Shown here: piece after piece, positions 49,851 through 63,626 of the stretch
Layout of the letters: each line of letters starts with the position of its first letter
Position numbering within the stretch: position 1 is the first letter of the stretch
Program-made: the position numbers and the translations under genes
The notes under the pieces: generated by a model
Told to the model about the DNA's origin: nothing
Database searches by the model: none
The model's input: the letters and a program-made list of their open reading frames with translations, nothing else
Source of the DNA: Balanoglossus misakiensis
Lineage: Eukaryota; Animalia; Hemichordata
Reading direction: 5' to 3'
Length of the DNA: 64,000 nucleotides
NCBI GenBank assembly: GCA_040954595.2
Contig: CM082591.2
Coordinates: 6,807,947 to 6,871,946 of the forward strand

Positions 49851-50479
49851 AACAGGTACTCTCAGTGGAGCATAGTGGTCCCCCTCTTTGTTGCACACCT
49901 TTTAGATGCATTTGGTCGAGGAGCATTTAATAGAAAGTTGATCGTAGGGCCTACATCGAACAGAAATCGCACAGTTGTTCTACTATAGGCCTACATTTAA
50001 TATTTGTTCAGTCAGTCAGTCAGGGTCAATGGTCAGACAGACAGTCAATTTATTTAGGTCTATTTTGTCTATGAGTGTTTACGCGATGTTCATTCAGGCC
50101 TGGCGACACCCCACGATCACACATATTCGATAAATACATAAATCAAAGGTAGGAAAGCCCTCATGGCTCAAATCGAGGAAATAAAGTGGTCTTTGGCATT
50201 TCTAGAGTTTATTTACCTAAGCGTAGCGGCAGCAAGCGGTGGGATTGGAGCAGGGGACCCGACTTTGCCCGATAGAGGGCGGCATGCAGGGCAAGCCACA
50301 AGCAAATCTCGCCCCCCCCCCCCTCACGGATCTCGTCATTCACGAGAGTCACATTTGACCTCATGTACACGCTGACTGCAGAGACTAGAGAGTCGTCTGT
50401 TTCATGTCCATGTAACCGCAACAAACCAAGCAAATGTTGCATGTTTGTCGGTTTTGGCACTTTTGTGGACGGTAACTGT

Positions 50480-50560
50480 TATTAATTTGCCGAAGTTGGC
50501 TTGTAGGATCCACTGCTATCAAAATGACGTCAAGGGGGAAGTCCCGGAAAGGTGAGTTTA
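50480..50560 (+). promoter_or_regulatory. Candidate promoter / non-coding first exon of the TTC3-like gene
   Basis: Palindromic CRE site TGACGTCA (~50525), then a strong donor AAG|GTGAGT near 50552, in a CpG-containing patch upstream of the first coding exon. Confidence 0.4.
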
Positions 50561-51250
50561 TCATTCATTAACCAAGGCGCGTGACTTGGAGCAAAGGTTA
50601 GCTTGAGGCGATCCCAGAAGTGACACAACCTCTGGACTTGTTTGCCCTACCACTTTGATTTGGTAGAATAGGCTGTAAGGTTTATAGTCAACCTGCTTAT
50701 TTAAGACGACTTTCTCTCATACCAACATCGACCAAGGAGTCCTGATATCAACTTGATGCTTTTCGCTAAACGTAAACATTCGTAAACCACGTGACTAAAG
50801 ACGAGTCGTAAACAAGAGACGTGCGTGTTCATAGCAGCAACCGTGATTACGGTATGTTTGGTTTAAGTGTTTCCCCTTACAGGTTGAATTCGATAAGTTT
50901 GTATTTTACGTGTGTATCTCATGCGTGTCATATGGCCATGGCCAGTATTGGCTACTTGTAGTGTTACCATTGGTGACACGCTGTTGCAGTATTCAAGCTC
51001 GAAGGTTTCCTGGTACTGTGGTGTAGTGGTATAAATTGGGGGTTGGACTGTTTTTCCCACATCCAAACCCCCAATATACCCAGCAAAACTTCGAGCTACA
51101 GTACTGCAGCAAGGTGAAATACGGACCGTTTTCAGTTCATGGTTCCTTTTATGTCAGAAAGAGTGGGGATGTTTGTCGATGTAAAAACAGTGCAGTGGAG
51201 ATTGTTTCCTAGGGCTGGAGTAGAAATACACATACATTTGTAGTCCTTCC

Positions 51251-51345
51251 CTAGCTGCAATGATTGTAGCAGGTGCTGTTAGGTTGTAGGGCTGCGAACA
51301 TATCATCATCAACCTAGCAGCACCCGTTACAATCATTGCAGCTAG
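51251..51345. mobile_element. 95-bp hairpin element with ~10-bp TSD (partial relative at ~25936-25996)
   Basis: ctagctgcaatgattgta...tacaatcattgcagctag; flanks tagtccttcc / aagtccttcc. Confidence 0.6.
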
Positions 51346-52309
51346 AAGTCCTTCCCAACCACTGTGTTTATCTGGTGAATTCGGGCAACATTCTACCACA
51401 GCAAGAATCCACATGGATTATTACTGTCAAATTGCACTGACTAGTAAATTTCAGTGTGCCCTTTATAAACATACTTTTTAAAAGCTTTTGAGTCAGCTTT
51501 ATCATGATTTGTATAAATTTCCTTGGGTCAGCCCTTTACCTTTGTGTGTAGTGTGGATAATTTTCTTGAGTCACCAGTGAGTTTGTTGAGTCAGTGGTGT
51601 GTCATACAGGCTTTGAGGGCATACTATCTATAATTTAACCCCTTCTGTGTTTCCAATCATCTTGAACTGTTGAGGGCGCACGAGTAATGGCAGAAACGGG
51701 ATGTGAGAGCTTCTCAGTTTGAAGTATTTGTGTCAAAGGTCAAACAGGGCGATTGCATGTAGTCATAGTGGTATCATGTGGCGACATGTACAGATATCGG
51801 AGTTCCAGTAAGTTCAGTCAGGGTTAAGAACTGCGTGGACTAGCACGCTGATTTAAATTAGGCCAGTGGCTAGTGTAACTTGTGAAAAATTCGGTCGTAC
51901 CCAGTTCCATAACCTGTGTCTCTACAGCTGTCCGGGTGCTGTGATGGTGCGAATGACTGATTAGCATTGGAACACATGAATGTGAAAACTGTACATTGTA
52001 TCTACTGTTGTATGCATTAATTGGCTGATGTAAATCTGATACATGTAGTCTTGGTAAGGACAGCTTTGTGTACTATTGGCAGTGCTTTATTAGTTTGTAC
52101 ATACATGTATATGACTGGTGTGACTGTGCTGTTGTCCTTTGTCCAGTGTTATTGTTCTGCCTGAAATATGTCCATACATACATGTACCTTCATTACCTAA
52201 GAACAAAGGATCAGTTTGCCCTTTGTAAATTGTGTGTAAGATCTCTATTGCTGTACTCCGTCCATAATTTACCCAATCTTTTTGTTTTCGTCTTTTCTCA
52301 GGAACAAGT

Positions 52310-55300
52310 ATGAAATCCAGTAAGAACAAATTGAGAGTACTAACTCCTGAAGAAGAGGTAAATATTTGAAAAGTTGTATAGTCTACATGTATATTATCTG
52401 TTGGCACAGAAAGCATTCCACCTGTACAGTGCAGTACATACATGTACAGTACAGTACAGTACAGTACAGTACAGTACAGTACAGTACAGTACAGTACAGT
52501 ACAGTACAGTACACATGGTCATAGCATGTATTCATTTCAAAATGGATTATAAGATACATGTAAGCATACATTGTATGTAAACTAGTAAAATTATTGTGTT
52601 GTCACACTTGTGTGTAAAAAATCGACAACTCACTATTGTTGTATAAGAATGTGAATAAATCATATATCAACTATATATTGACTTCCTTTTCTAAAAAAAT
52701 ACCACCTTTGTAGTTAGAATACATGTACAACTCATTTGATATTTTTCACTCTTTGTTAAACATGGCAAAAATCCACCATCTTGAAATTGTGGTGACCTTA
52801 CATTTCACTCATCTAGGTAGCAAAAACCTAGTGAGAATTACATAATACAGTTTCCTGGAGAACTGGTAAATGTAGCCAGGAAATGACAAAAGATTGGGAA
52901 AGAATTTGCCGGTATAATGTCATTTGACCCCCTAGCATAAAGAAAATAATAAACAAAGCAAAATTCTGCCAACTTTTTTATCCACGTTACTTCAAAACAA
53001 TGTACGTCTTTTTGTTGTCTTCTGACCCAGTCACCTGTTGTTTTCATTTGTATGGATGCTGTCATCCATGTATTTGGCTGTTGAATGCATTAGGGTTTGA
53101 CCGAAGTAGTTCAGTGAAAATGGGGTCATAGTGAAGGTGTATTATCATCATGGTACATGTATGTAAGCTATGTGGTGTAAACTACAAAAAGTTTAGACTT
53201 CAAAATACTCTATGAAATTCTGTACATTGGTTTTAAAATGCCATGAAATTTTGAAATCATGTACAGGAAACTATTTTCCAGATCCTGGATTTAATTTACA
53301 TTTATGTGGAATGTTGAATTTTTGGCAGAAACCTAGAGGCTTTTAGAGACTAACATAGTAACAAATCTTGTTGGCTTCAACTCATTTCAATAAACCAGTA
53401 TTGAAATCACAACAGATCATGTATCGGCAAGAACTGTAAACAGTCTTTATTTATTTAACTGAAAAATTATTAATTTTTGGCAATGATGCGCAAGATATCT
53501 GACCGATAACAATGGTGGGAACTAGCGAGACATTCTCCCATTGAAACAACATGTACCCGGTACATGTATATGCCATCGCATGGGCCCGGGTAATGTATTT
53601 ATGTGTTTACAAGCGTATTGCCTTCACTGCAGCTGCACATGATGTATACGTGTCCATATACATTGTAGTCCTGTTGACTGCCTACTTTACTCGTTTGGTG
53701 TCAAAGTCCACCATGTACATATACCGGTATATACCACTACCAGGGACAGTTGAGAATTGTGTACACACCCGTTTATCATGCCCTGACCCAAATTGTATCA
53801 TTGTACCATGCTATTTACAGTCAGACTATTGTAATCTACCTAACATAGACTTACAGAAAATACCAACATTATGAATTCCATTTCATGTACAAATTTATAA
53901 ATTTATAATTTTATTTAGGTAAGCTGAACTTTAATAAATAAAGGGTGTAAAACAATTATGGTTCAATTTACATGATATGGATTCAAGCATTGGTTCCCTT
54001 TCCTGGCTTGCTTACATGTAGATGTCTTAGAATTAGATTATTTCAAGAGTATCCATGGTATACTGGGTTTAGTGGTATTTGATAGGAATTTATTTGGCTA
54101 AACAGAAAGAATAAAACTAAAAACATATACAATAACTTACAAGAAAAGAATAACACATATATTGTACAATGGTGTAAGAGTGGGATTAGAGAACGGTCTG
54201 CTGTAGACTAGTGTATTAAATCAAGTCTAGCCGTTCAGATTACTGATTGTATTGTTTGTTCATGACAAGTACGTCAGACATGTGAATAATTATTGATGGA
54301 AGTTGAGTGTTTTGATGTGAACAGTTTGTGAATTTCACATGTGTCTGACAACTGTCTGAAGAAGTCCAGTGTTACATGTACATTTAGATTGCAATACTCT
54401 AGACATACATGTACATGTTTACTGGTGTGTACATGTACAAACGTATGTCAGTTGTTAGGTGATATATTTAATACAAGAAGACTATTGGATCAGTAAATAC
54501 CAATGTAGCTATGCAGCCAACCTCTCCAGGAAGGTTTGAAATATTTGCACACCGTAAAAATACTCCAATTGGCAACAAACACGAGCTACAACATGTACAT
54601 GTAGCCAACCCAGTCAGAATAATCCAAATGACAAAACTGATGTTAAACGGCTTGGGAGGGTGGCTGGGGTCAAGACTGGCAGTAAGAGGTTAAGTACAGT
54701 GTGAGTAAAACCTATCTAAACGGAACCCTGTCTGATCTGGACACCTGTCTATACCAATCACCTTTTCAGGACAATGTCTCCAGTCCCGTTGGTGTCCGGT
54801 TTAGACAGGTTTCACAGTACATTTTACATGTACATACGAAATATGGGGTTCGACTGGTCCGATACAAAATGCTCGATACTAATTAAGTAAAGTAGAGCGA
54901 AATATAAAGTAAGGGTAGCTGGAGAAACGATAGGCGGTATAATCTCTACAACGTTGTTTCGTGAGTCACTGGACTCACTAATGATGAGTGATGCAAGAAA
55001 TATCAGTGCCCACCCTTATATATATGTATCTTTTCTTGAGAGACAAAACAGAAATTGTCACCACCAAATTAACATTGTTGATCTCATTTCAGGCAGAGCA
55101 GGAAGCAGAACACAGAAAATGTGCAGAAATATGGTGCTCAAATATCATCAATTATCCAGTCATCAGACGAGAACACGAACATGTGATATTGATTTATGTG
55201 CTCTCACCCCTTCTGTATGGGGAAAGGTATCACCAACTGGAGAAATGGCTGACCTGGGCATCAGATTGTAATCTTTTTACTAAAACAAAGAGTGGGTAGG

Positions 55301-58300
55301 TAGTATTTTACATTTTTCCAGAGTATATACATGTACATGTATTTTCAGCACTTCAAACCACAGTTGCAATACATGTGTATGTATACAATTTTTGTTCCAT
55401 TTATATTTCTGTATATGATACATCCATTGTGTATCTGGTGACTGGTAGTGCAGTATTTGAGTGATGGGTCTTGTATCATGTGTACATGCTACTCACAAAC
55501 ACTTTAAAAAAGCATTTTTGGGATGTGCACAGCAGTAGTGTCCTAGTCTTTTAAATGCAGTTGTAAAAAAATAAATACTAGTAAAACTAAACAGAGTGGT
55601 GTTTCAGGAGCGACTTTTTTCAAATACTGCACTTTTGGTAATTCCAGTATACAGTCAACATACATGTATGCCCGCGCCCGTGCGAGATTTGCAATGGGTG
55701 TATTGATGTGTCTCTTGCCATCATCCAGTCATCATGGAAGTGCCATAAATATCTTTGAAGTCTTCACGATTGAGGCGTTTGTATTAAGTGCTGTGAAACT
55801 TTGAAATTACGTACACGCAATTATTTTCCAGATCAAAGATTTAATTTACATTTTTGTGGAATGTTGAATTTTTGGCAGAAACCAGGCCCCTACCTGTGTG
55901 TGTGTTTGTTTGTTTATTTGTTTGTTTATTTGTGTGTTTGTTTGTTTTTGCAGGCTTATGTTTATATCAATAATGAAATCTTATGTTTTTTTGTTTCAGT
56001 AATGAGCTAAGTTTAATTAAGCCTCTAACAGAAAAAGAGATGCAAGCCGTGGAAACGCTTGAGAGTGCACACAGTTTAATCTCAGAGGAATTTGTAAGTA
56101 GTCACATTTTTTACTCAGAACACACACAACAGCCGTGAGCAGTTGTATGTTGGAACCACAAGAGGAAATTATTACATTATTCAGAAAAAAAAAACCTGCA
56201 TTCAAACTTTAGACAAACAGATCTACAACACTAGTCTAACTTAACCCTTTCACCACCATGGTTCAGTCCAAACCCATTGTTTTCTGTGGTAAGTTTGGAC
56301 CACTAAAGAGGGAACTGGGGGGGTGAGAGGGTTAAGGGGCAACTGGGGATGCATATTGCAAAGTCATATACTGGTCCACGCTGTGAAAAACAAATATTAA
56401 TAATTGGCATCTCAAAATTCTTTGGAAGAAATGTGAGAAAAAAGTTGATATCTCAAACAATGGAGTTCCATAATACAATGCCCAGCTGTTATAGCAATTT
56501 ACAGTTTTCAGTACAATAACCTCTGATATACATTGTACTCTGCTCTAAACTTTGATTGTGTGAACCCCACACCATCACGTGTTAACCCTACACCCACACA
56601 TTACATAGTTTTCAAATCAAAAGAAGAAATAGTTTCACGTACGTCAACTGGCCAGTAAGATTTATCATGCTACTAGCAGTTTTGATAAGGAGTGGTTTGA
56701 TTGATTATCTTTTATTCTGGACATATAGGGCATGTACATCATGTGGCAACTTGCTTGTAGGATCTGGTATTCTAGTTATATGACTTTTCATACAGGTGTT
56801 ACTCTAGCAGAATACAAATATAGACGTCTTAAATTAAACTGACATGCTACAAGTACATGTACATGTACATGTACATCATCTACATGTACATGTATGTAAC
56901 CATCAAGAATATTAGTCTATATACTGTTCTGGTATGGTGTCATTGGCTACTATATGCAGGACTACATGATTTCGCGAAAATTACCCGTTTTACGTATGCC
57001 CGCTGAAATACGTGATTCTATTCTTACTTTTGATTTGAAAGGCATGTGATGTGTGGGTGTACATATACAATGTATGTCCATCACTAGGCACTGTTCAATG
57101 CCCTCCAATGTCAGATAAGACTCCTTCCATTCCAGACAGATGCAATGATACCATGCATGTAAGCAGTGTGCCCTCTAACAAAAGCTTTGAGTCAATTTAA
57201 AAAAAATATCTAGTCTGAGCCAACCCAATACCTTTGCATGTTGATCATTTTCTTGAGTCACCTGTGAGTTTGTTGAGTCAGTGGAACGTCATTTGGGCTT
57301 AGAGGGCACGCTGCATGTAAGTTGATTTACATGTGTGAATATTGCTGCTATCAATAAAAAGATAGCATGGTGTTCAATATTTTATCAGTTATTGTTTGAT
57401 TATTAAGAAAATAAATTTTATCGTTATATCTGTCTTTATAGTGGAGTGTGACATTCCTCTGTATGATAAATTGTCTGAAATTTTGCCATGGATTTGTGAC
57501 TCACTTGGTACTTATACATGTTTAATACAGATTATACGGTCACCTACAATTTATGCAAATTTAGCTACATTTACCATGGCAAATTGAGATCTAGCCAATC
57601 ACAGATTTTCAGTGGGTGGCACACACGAAAAAAAGAGCGCCACCGTGTTCTTTAGAACACTCAAATATGCCATTTCAGCCATATATGGACGTATGTAAAT
57701 TGGTGGTGACCGTGTACTTTAAAGTTTAAACTCAGCCAACTTGTAAATTTAACACTGAAAGACTGTAATTTTGTGTTGCCTTACAGAAAGACAGAGGAAA
57801 ACCATTTGTGAAGGAAATGCTGGATTTGAGTGTATATATAGATACGGTAAGTCAACCGTTGATGGTTGGTCCAGAAGTTCTGCAAATTTTGCGTTCGACG
57901 CATTCAAAAAGTGGACTGCGTTCGCTTCCTTCCATATTTCATGCGCACCGTATAAGTAGATTCTGGTTTTGTCCCTCCTTTTCACCCAAGCTGGTGTCTT
58001 TTCACAATCTCCGACACAGATTATGGTCGCCGCCATCTTCTCTGTTGTTAGGACAGCACATACTGCCTTACATGTATGGCATTGACTGTATAAAATTTTT
58101 GTAACCAGAGTCTCTGGTTTGGCACATGCACATATGACGATCATCGCCCGTTGAATAACATTACCAAGAATCACTAACAGTGAATAATATATTTTTTTTT
58201 CATTTCAGCATGACACAATGAATGTAGCTTTTCAGCGTGGCCTTATCAATCGCAACTTAGTAGCAATGATGTAAGTATTCAAATGCAAAGCGCATCTTCA

Positions 58301-61300
58301 CCAGAATGAGATTTTCATATGAAGTTTGCCGCTTTACATTATGCTGTATATACAGAAATGATCTGTAATTTCTGTAGTCCGTATATTTATGTCGTTATTA
58401 TACATGTACATGTATGTATAAATATCATTGGGACCTTATGGGATCAGTTACGACTGTATGTATGTTGTAAAGAATTTATTTTGTTAAACCCTGCTTCTGC
58501 AGCTCAATCATAAGTTACATCTACATGTACAGTGAAAATATAGTATCTGTAATATAGTATATAGTAGTGGAATTTTCATGTGCATCAATTGACCTGTCTG
58601 TAAAGACCACCTGTCTGACTATAAAGGCCAGTGTAGGAAAGTCCCTTGACTGGCCACTATAGACAGGTTCGACTGTACATGAACCAGATCTCATGTTGTT
58701 TATGTCCATTTTCTTATCACAGCAATAAATTGAGGGAGCACGATGACAGAGCGATGTTACCTTTTGAATATTGTTGTGGAGCTGCAATGCTAGTCCTTCT
58801 GCAATGTAAGTAAACTACTTTCTGATTACTGACACATTTTAAAGGGACAAAGTCTCTCTCTCGCTGCCCTTTTTCCATCAATTATGTTTGATACAAGACA
58901 CCGTTTATGTTATTCCACATGTGGATATATAGTGAATCAACATTCGACCACACACTACTTCCATTCCTCTTCTAGACACGAGAATGAAAATCTCGTCAAA
59001 AGGAATAAACGGTGTTTACCGTTAATTCATTTTGGCAAGATTTTTACTCTCATATCCTGTGAAAAAAGTTGATTGACTTTAATATGTCAACTACAAAGTC
59101 AGAAATGTTTGACCAAAGAAAGTCATGAAATACAGTAAACATATCATTTCTTCTATCTCTTACTGCAGTGATGACTTTTTACCCAGAATGCAATGATTTA
59201 TAATGTGATTTGACCCCCTAGCACAAAGTGAAAACCTATATAAGGCAGCCAGAATTATACTAACACAAGCAGGCATTGGGTAACAGTGTATTTTATGTAT
59301 TACCATTCTAGCAGGAAAAAACTGCATATACATTATAGCAATTCTATGTTTGCTCTATGTCTATTTTCTAACAATTTTAAATAATCTGCTTGATGTTATC
59401 AGATTGCAAACATATCAAGCGGTATGCACTGGAGTCAAAAAATGACATTGAAATATTCAAGAAACAAAATATGATAAATGAGAGCGTAAGTATTTTACAG
59501 ACATTGAGTATTATAATTTTTCCACCAATCTTCAACTTCATGATTTGATTTGTCATACCCTTGACCTAGCAAGCTACTTTTAACGCATGTTTGACATTGT
59601 GCTTGTGGGATTGCAGAATTTGGATAATTTGGCAAAGAATTTCTCCGCAGCCGGTGAACTGCCTAACCTAAAGATGTATACAATGTAGTCAGCATTATTG
59701 TTGCCATTTATGTACTGGATGTTTCACATGTTTTAGTGAGAACAAGACATTCATGGTTACATAGAAAAGAAATACTGAAAAATGACAATAAGAAACAGTA
59801 TAAATGTATTGACTGGCCATGCGGGCAACAGCATATGTCTGTAAACTAAGGGACTGTGAGTCACCCCCCCAAAAAAACAAACAAAAAAAAAACAAAAAAA
59901 ACAACAACAAAAAAACAAAACAAAACAGGCAGTTTCCTGAGTTCAAAGGCTACGTAAAACAGTCTGTTTTGGGAGGTGACTCACAGTCCTGAGGGCTGAT
60001 AGATGTATGCTGTTGCACGAAAAGTCAGTCATCATGTGTCTTGTAACACATCTCATCCACAGCCATGCATAAAAACTCACAATACACGAAATTAGCGGGC
60101 ATCATTTTTGGGAACTGATTCCCGTCAGCAACAGCACAAAAAGAATGCACACTACGTGACTATCAATTGACGAATGAGAACACAGTCTGTGGATGACGTG
60201 TGTTACAATTATACTTATTGTCCCTATCTGGCAAAACATTTTGTATTGAATCGGTTGTGTTTTATATTTCTGTGGACAGAAAAGTGACGATGTTCGCAAA
60301 AAGGGCAACGATGAATTCAAAGTGAGCAAATATAAAGCGGCTTGCCAGAACTACTCATCTGCAATTAGCAAAGAGTAAGTATTCAGGTGATATCACAACA
60401 TACAATTCAACAAAATGGGATTAATTAAATATATATCTCAAAAATACCAGAGAAAATGTTAATTTTTCAACATCTATTCTCTGGTACAGTGTGAGATCTG
60501 AAATTTTCTGTAATAAACGTGCTATTCACAAGAAATAAAATTGAATTCTGAAAAATTGTATACTTAAAAGTTGATACTTGAATTTCAATAAGGTTCATGT
60601 TCCACTATTTATATCAGAAAGGTGTCTGTGAATGGTGACTTTTATTAGTGCTTTATTACGTTTACAATTTTTACAAGCAGTCACCACACTTACTGAAAGT
60701 GATCTGCTGATTCTAGAAGTGATGCATATAATCAGTTGATTCACTTTGAATCATCATTACATTCCACTCGTTTCTATTTCCAGTCCCTACAATGAGAGGT
60801 TATACAGTAATCGAGCTCTTACGTATCTGAAGACTGGTGATTACACCAGAGCAGTGTCTGATGGGAAGAGAGCCATCATCTTGAAAGCAGCATGGCCTAA
60901 GGTGAGCTTTATTACCCTTTCTCCACTATGGTTCAGTCCAAACCCATTGTTTTTCTATTGTCTTATCCCATATGCCATGCCACTGACTCAACAAACTCAC
61001 TGGCGACTCAAGAAAATTCTCCACACTAAATGCAAAGGTGTAGGCCTGACTCAGAAAAATACATGTATCTAGAAATCTTCACTCAATGCTTTTAAAAAAT
61101 ATGTTTGTGAGAAGGCACATGGGTTTGGGGTGTACCAAGGTGTGAGTGTTGGCCAATCTATTAAAAGGACAAACTCTCTCTTGCTGCCCTTTTTCCATTA
61201 TTTATTTTTAATACAAGACACGGTTTATGTTATTCTACATGTGAAAATATACATGTAGTGAATCAATGTTCGACCACACACACCTTCCATACCACTTGTA

Positions 61301-62098
61301 GACACGAAGGTGTAAAACTTGCCAAAATAAATAATCAGGTGTTTACTGTTTGTTCATTTTTGCGAGATTGTTATTCTCATATCCTACAAGCCGAATGGAA
61401 GTTGTGTGTGGTCGAACATTAAGTAACTATATGTCCACATGTAGAATAACATAAACGGTGTCTTGTATTAAACATAATTAATGGAGAGAGACTTTGTCCC
61501 TTTAAAGGGATACGGTCACCTATGGAAAATTAGCCATAGTTACCATGGCAAATTGAGATCTAGCCAATCACAGATTTTCAGTGGGTGGCACACGGGGAAA
61601 AAAGAGCACCACCAAATGTTCTTTAAGAGGATGCTCAAATACGCAATTTCAGCCATATATGGGCGTATGTAAATTGGAGGTGACTGTATACCTTTAATTG
61701 ACTCTCTCTCTCTCTCTATCCTTGCAGAGTCAATACCGATATGCAGAAGCCCTGTTCGCCATGGGGAAGTATGATGCGGCCGTGGTGCCAATTCCAAAGC
61801 ACTGGCAATCTGCAGGAGTGAAGGATGTGCTGCGGCAGATCTCAGAGACTTGGAGAGTCAGAAGGAAAGGTTTGCATGGAAAGGTTAGTGTTGTGTCCAC
61901 CCCTGCACCAGTGTTTCTTCATCTAAATGGGGAGATTCACCCCCTGTTGACATGTTGACACCCCCTAGTAATTTTCAAGGGGGGATCAGTGCCCCTTAGA
62001 ATGATGTCATTCACATGTTGGAGATACATGTATTATTACAGTCGGTCGCCCTTGTCAGAGTGGAATCACCCACAAATATTCTGGCTAAGGGGGACACA

Positions 62099-62131
<33 letters not shown>

Positions 62132-62683
62132 CCATCCTGACTTAAACACTGGGACTCCACAAAGGAACCTCGTTCTTCTACAAGTAATGAACTCTGACAA
62201 GCTTTTTGCAAGTTGTCTGCATGAAGTACAGTCTGATTAAAATCAGATGTAGGGTACAGCAACGTCTTTTACTTACACTGTATGGTATTCTTATGCTGTC
62301 GCCTCACACTAAATATGACAAACTCACATAGAACAAGAAGCTCGCTCACATTCAACACTTGTGTTCTGGCCCGGCCAGTCAGATTGCATGTTGCATTGAT
62401 AACACTGGAGGATACCTATTGTTCTACATAAGGCACCTTCTGATTGGTTGACTTACCAAGTCAAGCCTGAGATTTGAACGCGAGCCAGAGTGGAACCACC
62501 ACCCCCTCCATCCCTGAATATTCTGGCAAAGAGGGGCATATCCCCCCTGTTCATGCTATCCTTGATGAAACCCCTTTTACCACCAAGGTTTTGCACAATA
62601 TGAAGAAGTTACACGTCAGTTCAGCTTACATTTTTCTTGTATCTTTCAGCAACACGTCGGTCAAAGGTCGAGAACGAAGACAG
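52310..62683 (+). CDS. TTC3: TTC3-like tetratricopeptide-repeat E3 ubiquitin ligase, 5' part only; apparent frameshift near 61785
   Basis: Exons 52310-52357, 55093-55295, 56000-56093, 57787-57846, 58209-58270, 58723-58805, 59403-59485, 60280-60374, 60784-60901, 61728-61883, 62650-62683. TPRs: KKGNDEFKVSKYKAACQNYSSAI, LYSNRALTYLKTGDYTRAVSDGKRAIILKAAWPK, QYRYAEALFAMGKYDAA. The N-terminal AEIWC..IYVLSPLLY segment and the DGKRA..LK..WPK motif resemble TTC3 as I recall it. The RING domain is not in the window. Confidence 0.82.
52430..52512. repeat. (CAGTA)n pentanucleotide microsatellite
   Basis: Direct reading. Confidence 0.95.
57164..57313. mobile_element. 150-bp hAT-like MITE with perfect 8-bp TSD (relatives ~19607-19775, 51455-51625, 60980-61120)
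   Basis: catgtaag|CAGTGTGCCCTCTAA ... TTAGAGGGCACGCTG|catgtaag. Confidence 0.85.
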
Positions 62684-62807
62684 GTAAGTGTTTAATTAGC
62701 TTTGTGTGTATCTTGAGAACTATGACAGAACTCTATGAATTCTGTGCACGATCTGTGCCGTACAGAAGTTATTTTATGAGTGATGCGGTGTATTCTGCAG
62801 CAGTATT

Positions 62808-63318
62808 TTAAAGGCACGTAAGCTGCAACTGGATAAAAAATTAAAGCTTTAAATAATCTCATATATGCTTTTAATTATCTCTATTAAATGCTATTTCATG
62901 ATAATATATCAAGCTCAACACTTATTTATGACAAAATGGCCAAAAATTAAAGAAAAACGAAAATTCCTGCAATTTAAAAAAAGTGCAATATTGCAATGAA
63001 AAATGAAAATCTGATGTCTCAGTGGTGTACATTTACTTCCATGAGCTCAAGTAGATGAGATCATGTTTTGTTTATGAAGTTTCACAACCGGAAATGCGAC
63101 ATTTTCATTGTTTCTTGCATTTTCCCACGGTGGCGGCCATAATCTCTTGCGGCAAAGCTTTATTATTTATCTGGTTAAAACTTGCATATGCACTCATATT
63201 TAGGGTTTAAAATGCTTGTGTATAGTTCACTACCTTCATCTGCATGGACTAATGGTAGTGCAGTTTGAAACAAAAATTATGAAAATTATCCCAAAAGTTA
63301 CAGCTTACGTGCCTTTAA
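62808..63318. mobile_element. TTAA-flanked ~510-bp Kolobok-like element
   Basis: ttaaaggcacgtaagctgcaact ... agttacagcttacgtgcctttaa. Confidence 0.75.
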
Positions 63319-63626
63319 TGAATGCAGAGAAGTGTAACTTTTGTCCTTGAAATATCTGTCCTTAGAGGGACAAAGTCTCTCTCCAGCTGCCCCTTTTCCG
63401 TTAATTATGTTTGATACAAGACACTGGTTATGTTAATGTAAATGTGGATACATAGTGAATCAATGATCAACCACAGAAAACTTCCATCCCACTTGTATGA
63501 TATGAGAGTAAAAACTCGCCCAAAATGAATAAATGGTAAAGAACAATTATTCATTTTGGTGAGTTTTTTCACTCTTCTGTCTATAAGAGGGATGGAAGTT
63601 GTGTGTGGTTGAACGTTCATTCACTA

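Noticed and set aside
57441-57507. Extra TTC3-like exon
   Set aside because: The donor is weak, and the 56093>57787 junction is already in phase and fits the family better.
1862-63620. Remaining short ORFs in the supplied track
   Set aside because: They lie in MITEs, microsatellites, introns or antisense/alternative frames of real exons, often start at TTG or GTG, and show no recognisable motifs.
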